NCBI GenBank assembly: GCA_951406725.2
Contig: OX597825.1
Span: 2,046,001-2,110,000 of the forward strand
Length of the DNA stretch: 64,000 nucleotides
Origin: Octopus vulgaris
Lineage: Eukaryota
Reading direction: 5' to 3'
Shown: positions 55,220 to 64,000 of the stretch, piece after piece
How the letters are laid out: the number at the start of each line of letters is the position of its first letter
How positions within the stretch are numbered: the first letter of the stretch is position 1
Translations under genes and position numbers: made by a program
Notes under the pieces: model-generated
Told to the model about the DNA's origin: nothing
Databases searched by the model: none
The model's input: only the letters and a program-made list of their open reading frames with translations

Positions 55220-55357
55220 AGTAGTTTTATTTTTATAGCGCGCTTTCACTTCACTACCGAGCGCAGCTCTGTGTGCCTTGGGTATGTGCTGTGGTTTGGT
55301 GTGATGCTCTTATGGTTACTGTATTGAAAGTGTTTTGCGTAGGATGTGTGCAATTTT
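55220..55357 (-). mobile_element. 5'-truncated Dong/R4-like LINE 3' end
   Basis: Minus strand AHILRKTLSIQ* plus a short 3' UTR, between an (AAT)n and a (GAA)n tract. Confidence 0.6.
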
Positions 55358-55358
55358 C

Positions 55359-55407
<49 letters not shown>
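55359..55407. repeat. (ATT)n microsatellite
   Basis: Directly visible. Confidence 0.95.
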
Positions 55408-55409
<2 letters not shown>

Positions 55410-56248
55410 AGCCGAAGTTCATCCCACTGCAACATACAAATTCATCAAATTCACAGTGAGACGGAGCTCTAAAAACCCCAAAGGCGCAGTTTTATTCCTA
55501 AGACAACGGACACCGTGTTTTGTATTGAAAATTATTGACTTCTACGCAATCCGAAAGAAGATGGTGAAGAGGATGTAGAGCTTAGAACATATCACAAACA
55601 AGAACAGAAAGAATGCCTATTAAGATAGCACAAACATTTATTTGAGAATGTAAATCATAAGAGACGTATTCGTTGCTGGCCGCTTAAGATGGACGTGCTT
55701 CTGACAAGATGGCCGTCACCCAAGGCCAACAAATGTCAACGCTAGTCGCCTTTGAATAAGTGACGACTACCGATAGCCAAGAAATATTAATAACTGAGGA
55801 TATGTTGGGAAATAGGAGCGATAGACTATGTTAAAGAGGCAAAGAAACAAAAAAGATACGAAGAAAAATGAAATGTTTGGAAGAAGAAATATATACTGTC
55901 GAATTTGATGAAATATTTACAAGAAGTGGTGTTTTGATTGATGCATTTTGTTCTGGGGATGGTGGATAGAAAGATATTAATTTCACACTTACACTTGCGG
56001 CCATACTCTCGGTAACATCGGGTTATCGGATGATGCCAAGAGAGGAAGCATTTCGAGAGTAAAGGGATTCAGTGAACTCATAATTCTTCCAGATTTTGTA
56101 GATTAATTTTGGTTTTATTATGGTTAAATCAAGTAATAGATAGCACTCAATACAATAAGCAAGAGAAGGAACTGAAAGCCGAAATAATTCGGAAGGTAAC
56201 GTGTGGAGCAAAATGTTTGATGTCATCACTACTGCTACTACTATTGAT

Positions 56249-56264
56249 GCAGCAACAGCAGCAG

Positions 56265-56296
<32 letters not shown>

Positions 56297-56306
56297 ACAG
56301 CAACAG

Positions 56307-56341
<35 letters not shown>

Positions 56342-56343
56342 AC
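56249..56343. repeat. (CAG/CAA)n repeat
   Basis: Directly visible. Confidence 0.95.
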
Positions 56344-56650
56344 ACAGCGCCAGTCTCTAATATGGTGTCAATATTTGTTGATTTCTTTATTTCTTTTGAA
56401 ACATCGATGAATTTAAATCCCTTGCAGAGTTTAAGTGAAATCGAGATATTAGTGTAAAATAAGACGAGGCCATTTAAAGCACGAAACCCTTTTGTCACGA
56501 AGTAATAACTTACGACATGTCCAAATGTCATTGAATTTATTCAGTCTTCGGCAACTGATACAGTGCGCCGTTCATCAAATTCTCTCTATGACGGAGATAC
56601 AGTGGAAAGGCTTCGAATATTAATGGCTTCACCTTACAATATTCGACAAT

Positions 56651-58190
56651 CGCTTTCCCACCAAAATAATATACACCACCTTCTAAACCGCTGCAAAAAT
56701 AAGCTCAGGACCCTAATCATTAGTGGTGGAGTACATTCGCTTGTAATAAGAGAGTTCAACTTAGTATTTGTGCAATTTGTATTCAGAATCTTAAAGGACG
56801 TAACCAAACTCTATAAGAATATTTTTATCCTGATCAACCGACTGTGGCAATCAGCAACAAAGAACAGCCATTCATTTACTGATTATAGAAGTTGGCCTCA
56901 AATCGTACACTCTTCTTTGTAAAGTATTTAGATTTTCTTAAATATATTAATTGTTGCAATGTTTTTCTATACTGATATTAATAAACATAATATAGTAAGC
57001 TAAATGTATTTCTTTCCCTAGTTTCTAAGTCACTAAATATCATAATTATAAATTAGGTTTTCCAATGCCCCTGGAAAAAGTTGCAGATGTTCTTATGTAG
57101 TTGAGAACCCTTGACAGTTGTTTCCAGTTCAAGTACAAACCTTTCTCACTTATGCGATACTAAGATTTAAAAACACACAATCAGGAAACTTTTCATCTGA
57201 TATAATTTTAGGTGTATTTTCTGTACGGGTATACCTCAACTTGCGTCGGTAATTGGTTCCGAAAATTACACGAAAGATGTAACACGAAAAATTTCTTCAA
57301 AAGTCATTACTTCAAATCTATTTTAATAAAATATTTTGTACATATCACATTTAATTTTTTTGATTTTCCTCTTCAGTATTAAATTTCAAGTACTTTTCTT
57401 TTTTAAATCTATAAACTCTTAAATATTTTCGCTGAGACCAACGCACACTTGGATGAATCGATTGAAGTTGAGGTTTAAATTTTACCAGTAATTTTTTAAA
57501 AAAATACTTCAAGTTGCAAAAGACGTCAGTTGAGGTAGACTTGCATTTTGGTTTTTGTTGCTCCTATTTTGAAACTTGATGGTTTTCTCATAAGCATGTC
57601 TAATATTTAATAAATGTCATTTTCTTTTGATTTATTTCTAGTTTATAATTTAAGATATTACTTAGGTATATCATATTTTTATCTTTCAACTTACTGATAA
57701 ACGCATAAATCTGTTGTTGCAACCAATACGTTCTTACACACGTTTTCTTTTCTTTTAAGCTTGTAACATATTCTAAACAAATTACCAATAAATGTAAAAA
57801 TAACTGATGTTTGCTGTATTTGTGGTATGATAACAACCACATCACATATATGACATAACACAACGTACCTTAAAACGGTATATAAGTAATCTTTTCATTT
57901 TCAGTTGGGAGACTAAGTCAAGACATAGACGTCTCATGAAATTTAGACAGCTTGTCAGATAGTTTGCGTTCGTGGAGGAAGAGACAAAAGACCCCCCTCC
58001 CCATAAATGTCTTTTGCTCTGCCGATCATTGGAAGGAAGCAGAATAATCAACCTACATACTTCTAGTTTGGTATTGCTAACATTGCTTTCAGATTTTTGC
58101 AAGCAAATATACTCCACCGCTAATGATTAGGGTCCTGAGCTTATTTTCGCAGCCGTTTAAAAGGTGGTGTATATTATTTGGGGGGAGACG
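56651..58190. mobile_element. Candidate ~1.5-kb non-autonomous TIR element with ~90-bp inverted repeats
   Basis: 56651-56746 is the approximate reverse complement of 58097-58190 (aaaataagctcaggaccctaatcattag core identical). Confidence 0.6.
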
Positions 58191-58204
58191 GTAATTCGTG
58201 TATA

Positions 58205-58345
58205 TGGACCCCAAGGTCATTTTCGTCTCGAAAGGGATTAAAGGAAAGATCAACCTCGGTGGAGTTTGAACTCGGAACATAAAGACGGACGAAATGTCTC
58301 TAAGCATGCTGGCCTGAGAGCTAAGGGCTCTGCCAGCTCGCCACC
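58205..58345 (-). mobile_element. SINE family A
   Basis: aacctcggtggagtttgaactcggaac...ctgccagctcgccacc. Confidence 0.8.
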
Positions 58346-58371
58346 CTTTTCATGTTAAAGGGGTTTTGAAG

Positions 58372-58572
58372 GTGGGGAATTGACAGAATGATTAGCAAGC
58401 TGGGAAAAATGCCTACCAGCTTTTCGTCCGTTTTTATGTTCTGAGCCCTAATTCCGCTGAGGTTTACTTTACCTTTCATCATTTCGGAGTCGATAAAATA
58501 AGTACCGTTTGATGTAATCGACTTACTCCCCACCCACTGAACCTGCTGGTCTTGTGCTAAATTTTAAACCAT
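58372..58572 (+). mobile_element. SINE family A
   Basis: gacagaatgattagcaagc...gtcgataaaataagtacc...ctgctggtcttgtgc. Confidence 0.8.
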
Positions 58573-60002
58573 TATTATTGGGTTTTCTGAAAAAGAAATA
58601 CACACACAAACACACAATCATTTCTCCTAACACCGTACCTTCTTCCTTACCAGACAGATTTAACACAATTAATCATGAAGTTACAATTGTTAGGCTTAGA
58701 GTCGAGATGTGAACTGGAAAAGTGAAATCCAAAACGAAGGAGAAAACTTATCGTAAATAAAATTAAAATTGTTTTAAACTATCAACAATCATCTTATTCT
58801 TGGATACTTACACAATTAAATTGGATTTAATTAAATTGGAGAAGTAAATAACCAAGAAAACTAATGAGGATTTTTGCGTTATCTTTGCTTTTATTTGTGT
58901 GAAGACGCGTCACATTGTTGATAAAATATGTAGAGAGTGGAGGGGACATATTTGAGCCAATAAAGCCAGGTGACATTCATTGGACTATTTTAACAAAGGT
59001 ATTCCAGATATTGTTGACGAATGTTAAACGTAAAGTGTAAGCCATGTATAATGATGTGCTTCAGAAATTCACTGCACGTTCGCCGCATGTTATTGAGTTC
59101 AATCCCAATCGCGAAAGTTTTGCTTTTTTTCTGCAATTGTTTTGAGACGATTCAAACTCGTCAGGGAATCTGCGTATTGGAGACAGTGATATCAACCAAA
59201 TGAATAACAGACACGAGCCGTCTTTGGTCTTTGCGTGTCTTTAGACGAATTCATTTTGATGCAATCTCTAAATCAAGTCGCCGGTCTAAGTATAACTCCA
59301 AGTCACAGTAAGTTGACCAAAGAAAAATGGATTGTTATTTCCTGAAGCAAAGAACAATTTACGTCCACTTTTAGAGAAAGATCATGGAATTAAATAGACA
59401 GGAATAATGATTCACTGTGTGTGAGATTTTCATTTACATAGATGCCTCATAGGTTTTCAATGCAGCATATCAGCGATATCTTCTTACAGTTTTTGCGGTA
59501 GCCAATGTTGTGGATCCTAACAAAGATTTTGTGTAATATCTTGGTAAAAGTTCTCTGTGTGAAAATGAGCAACAACGATTGCAGTATTCACATTGAAAGT
59601 TAATGACACATTTTACAGGCCATCAGAAAATAAAGCACACGAAAATATTGCCTGTGTTTAAGCGGCGCAGAGAATATTCTGGCAGTCATCTATGACCATA
59701 TATGATGCTTCTTCTTTTGTGTTGTTATAATCCAACTCCTTCAGCACTTCCGCATCACATCCATGATGCCATGGAAGAAGACAACATGGGAAGCTTGGAA
59801 ACAAGCAAGAGATTCACCTCTTACCAGATGTATTGTGCTTTAGTGTTGTGAGCGATCATATTTTACTATACTTCATCCCCCCAGGGTTTGTCGTAAGTGT
59901 CTAGTAATGTATTATTCAGATCAAGTATGTATATATATATATATATATATACATACATATATGTGTGTGTGTGTGTACACAGACGTACATACAACTCATA
60001 TT

Positions 60003-60078
<76 letters not shown>

Positions 60079-61849
60079 GTCCAATCTATTCATGTATGAT
60101 CGATAGTTTGGTATTCGCAGTGAAGAGACAGACAGAGTGAAACATTATTTTTTTTTTCATGAAAGCAAGCTTTGTATTCTTTTAGAAAATACTGAAAAAA
60201 AAATCCCAAAAGTCAGCCAGCTCAGCTTTTGTTGTGCAGTTTATAGATTCTTTCGCCAATAAGCAAAACAATTCATATACATATTTCTTTTGAAATCGTA
60301 CAAATACAATGTTTGCAAGAAAGAACTCCGGACTATTATGTGTTTCTGCGTAATCGTTGCGTAATAGCAATTTTTCTATAAAAATTATCAGTCGAAATAC
60401 TAAACTTGCGATTTCAGAGCGATGGCTACAAAGAATAATTCACTTCGAACTTCTATGTTGTTACAAAGCACAATTTTAGATTTCAAATTTCATTTTGAGT
60501 ATATTTATACACACATCATTAAATAAAATATTATAAACATTTAAACGATTCTTATAAGTCTCTAACTGTTGCTGAGCCCTAGGTCAATTGTGACGATGCG
60601 TATCAACATCTTGTAGACTTATGGCTACACAAAGCTACTATATACACAGACTTATGTCATATCCTAAAAGACTGTGTGCGTTACTATTTCTAGAAGACAG
60701 CAACAACACACTCAATTCAGATCAGTATTGTTAACGCACCAGAAAGAATGTATTACAGAATTCGTTACGACTCTGCGATCCAATTTCAGTTCCTATGGAA
60801 GTAAATTTTGACTTTTATAATTTTGGAATCTCCAAATATGTTACTGTTTGACGGCGGTGAATTGATAGAATAGCAGTAGCTATTCCGACTGTTTGCGTTT
60901 TGTGTTGGAATTCTTCCAAGGTTCCTGAAATAGCCACACCAATTCTCCAGCCTGACGTGGCGAATGAAGCAAATTCTCTTAACAAAACTTGTGACCAAAA
61001 ATATTACTAAGCACAGTCGAGAAAGCAGCCCATTCATACGGAGATATGCTTCACCCTGGTGAGCGAGCGTCTTATTTGGTTTTAGTGCCTATATGCACCA
61101 ATACTCTTGCAATTCCACAGATGATAATAGCAGGTTGTTTGAATGGTAGAGCAAGGGAAATTTACTTCAGATGCTTAAGTTACGCATGCGCTACGGGGTA
61201 ATTTACTGATTTTTGATTTCTGCAAATTTGTTTTCTACTAATGACTTTAAGAAACTCCGAAGTCAGAAAGAAAATTTATTGTTGACTTCTTCGTGAAGAA
61301 ATACCTATTTTGTCTCTGTACTAACTCTGATTTAACGAACTCAACTCTATATTTCTTAGTTACTTCGTTGATAATGAAAGTAATGCTGCATTTGGATATA
61401 ATATCTGTTCATCGGTCGTTCGTTGTTATGTGACATATCGAAAGAGTGTTTAATGCAACGGTGAAACCCATATGTTTGTACCAGAAAGCATAGTCACAAG
61501 TGATAGTCATTCTTTAGGACAGATCTGGTTGTGCACGTGCACACATAGGATAAAATGCGCTCCGTTAATGATCATTTCGTTCTTTTATTAAAGATACCTG
61601 GAAGAATATTCTTCAGTGTCCATTTTAAAGAAGGCGTCTGTGATTTGAGAGAGATTTCGCAACAATTTCGCGCAGTTTGACGAACAACAAAGATACTCAG
61701 TCGTTAAGATTTATGACTACTTACAAGTTTTCTCCCAAGTATATATGCTTATATCAGCATCCGAGTTTTCCTTTACCTTTTATGTATAATATAATATAAA
61801 TAGACAGAATATGGAGTTATATAAATCTTTTGCGTAACACTATCTTTCT

Positions 61850-62060
61850 CTTATACTTGTTTCAGTCTTCAGAGAAGGGCAATGCTGGGGCAGCACATTG
61901 AAGTGTTTAGTCGAACGAATTGATCCCAATACTTGCTCTTAATCCTGGGTCCTATCGTATTAAAATTTTAGCTCAACCGCGTTGTTACGGGGAATTAAAG
62001 ACACAAACTACTGTTGCCAAGCGGTGGTAATGGGTTCAAATGCAAACACAAAATACGCGC
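61850..62060 (+). mobile_element. SINE family C, decayed
   Basis: tacttgtttcagtc...atgctggggcagc...tttagtcgaacgaattgatccc...caagcggtgg. Confidence 0.65.
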
Positions 62061-62104
62061 GCATAGACATGCTTACACCTCTGTCTGTCTGTCTGTCTGT
62101 CTCC

Positions 62105-62165
<61 letters not shown>

Positions 62166-62215
62166 CAGACATAGGTAAGTATGTAAGGATATGTTTTCGT
62201 ACGAACTTTTCTCCC

Positions 62216-62259
<44 letters not shown>

Positions 62260-62466
62260 CTCTTTAACTTGTTTCAGACATTTGACAGTGGCCATGCTGG
62301 AGGACCACCATTTGTCGACCAAATCGACCGCAGGAATTATTCTTTGTAAGCCTGGTATTTATTCTATTGGTGCTTTTTGCCGAACCACTAAGTTACGGGA
62401 ACCTAAACGAACCAGCATCGGTTGTCAAGCGATGTTGGGGGACAAACACTGACACAAACACACACG

Positions 62467-62470
<4 letters not shown>
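62260..62470 (+). mobile_element. SINE family C
   Basis: cttgtttcagacatttgacagtggccatgctggag...gccgaaccactaagttacggg...catcggttgtcaagcgatgttggggg. Confidence 0.85.
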
Positions 62471-62517
<47 letters not shown>

Positions 62518-62521
<4 letters not shown>

Positions 62522-63138
62522 TGACGCATATTTGCCATTTGAATATGGCTAACCCCTAAGGGTGGATGCTACTGTAGTTTGTAGCCCCAGGAAGATATCT
62601 CCTCCAGCTGGCTATAGACACACTATCTGTGCCCTATCAGTATTTGTGAAGGGAAGTCATCCTTCCCGTCTGGGGCTACAAACTACAGTAGCATCCACCC
62701 TTAAGGGTTAGCCATATTCAAATGGCAAATATGCGTCACGTTGTGTTACCGCTGCTGTTTATAACTCACTCTGAGATTTATCATTGTTTGATTTCACTTT
62801 TTCAATATCAGTGTCAATCGACACTGGAAAAAGTATATGTATTTGTGAGGGAAACTGAATTCTCGTCGACAACTATGATTATCACACGCTGATGATAGGT
62901 AAATACCTTGAAACTCGAGTCCGTGTGTATCATAAGTTGAAGACGGGAAGGATGACTTCCCTTCACAAATACTGATAGGCCACAGATAGTGTGTCTATAG
63001 CCAGCTGGAGGAGATATCTTCCTGGGGCTACAAACTACGGTGGCATCCACCCTTAGGGGTTAGCCATATTCAAATAGCAAATATGCGTCACGATGTGTTA
63101 CCGCTACTGTTTATAACTCGCTCTGAGATTTATCATTA
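62518..63138 (+). mobile_element. Retrozyme-like HHR element: inverted segment plus ~1.33 units of a 352-bp repeat, in (TA)n
   Basis: 62518-62671 is the reverse complement of 62941-63094. 62671-62786 repeats at 63023-63138. One HHR, no credible ORF. Confidence 0.9.
62870..62939 (+). ncRNA. Hammerhead ribozyme type I with long stem I
   Basis: CACACG(62883-88)-CTGATGA-T-AGGT-aaat-ACCT-T-GAAAC-TCGA-GTC-CGTGTG(62922-27). Stem I extends by TATGAT/ATCATA and CAAC/GTTG. Predicted cleavage after 62921. Confidence 0.9.
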
Positions 63139-63159
63139 TATGTATATATATATATATAT

Positions 63160-63310
63160 AATGGCGTCTTTCAGTTACTGTCTACCAATTCACTGATAAG
63201 ATCTTGAGGAAGCCTAGGATGACGCTTGCCCAAGGTATCACGCAGTAGGAATGAAACTGGTACAACATAATTGAGTAGCGCGTTTCTCTACCACGCAACC
63301 ACTTCCGAGT
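63160..63310 (-). mobile_element. SINE family B, decayed
   Basis: gtctttcagtt.ctgtctaccaa...cttgcccaagg..cacgcagtagga...taccacgcaaccact. Confidence 0.65.
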
Positions 63311-64000
63311 CTCTGTTATAGAATAATATTATAAATAAACAATGTAAGATAACACTTTATGAATATCATATTTACAAAGCAGGATATAGATAGAATATAG
63401 CGGGAGTTTTACAGCACCGAATGGAATACCTGGTATTATTGGGTGAAGGAGTGCACCTGAAAACCCTGATTACAAATTCCCACCGAATTTAGCTATGCTT
63501 GTCAGTGTTTTGGGGTCAATAATTAAAGTACAAATCAAGTACTGAGGGCGAAACTTCTTTTAACGTGTACCAGTTATCCAAAGGTCCAATCTTGTCGCAC
63601 CACTCCACACCATTTCAGACTGAGAATAACGTTAATGTTGTAAATGTCTGTGGAATAATGTTTAATTTCACGAGTGGATTCAGCTTAGCGAACACATTCA
63701 TGCGCAACTTCGAAACTAGCGGAGAATCCACCGTAAAATAAAATGTTGATAGGAAATTATAATTTAACAATGGTCTTTTCATAATATAGCTTTACTTTCT
63801 AATATATTTTGGCGACATAACACCTCGTTACATTTTTGTTTTTGCTGGTTTTAATTCAGCTTTAATTCTGCTTTAATTTACCGGGTTTGCAATCAAAGGA
63901 TATCAAACAATGACCATCATTCCCAATTTTTTTTCCAAAATCAGTCTACACAAGAGAATACTTTCTTGTCTCCTTTACAATAATGCAATACAGTACGGTT

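Noticed and set aside
56109-56531. PolyQ / polyA / polyL ORFs
   Set aside because: They come from a CAG/CAA tract with no credible flanking coding sequence or splice context.
60786-61100. Unique-looking stretch with short open frames (also 28260-28440 and 40400-41500)
   Set aside because: Frames are short or broken by stops, with no recognisable domain or consistent splice sites.

Overview
Eukaryotic, AT-rich, repeat-dominated genomic DNA with no confidently recognisable intact host gene. The SINE families and extreme microsatellite load suggest an Octopus-type cephalopod (inference from recognition, not a search). Most ORFs in the supplied track are microsatellite artefacts. The window holds about 18 copies of one tRNA-derived SINE family and two further SINE families. 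It also holds decayed Tc1/mariner (including a maT/DD37D-like copy), a clean non-autonomous Helitron, CRE-, RTE- and Dong/R4-like LINE remnants, several foldback hairpins, and a weak 3-exon gene candidate (16078-14516, minus). Main observation: about 10 hammerhead-ribozyme (HHR) motifs plus about 5 decayed or variant ones, read by eye, from roughly 8 sequence-unrelated families. Four sit in short elements with one shared design: one HHR per 350-615 bp unit, a partial terminal direct repeat (more than one unit length), in three cases an inverted segment at the 5' end, and insertion into (TA)n tracts. This looks like a diversified set of Penelope-dependent, retrozyme-like non-autonomous elements, possibly copied from circular RNAs. 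A second observation is an ORF1-only (zinc-knuckle) retroelement that shares its 3' tail with the dominant SINE. Coordinates of decayed repeats are approximate.
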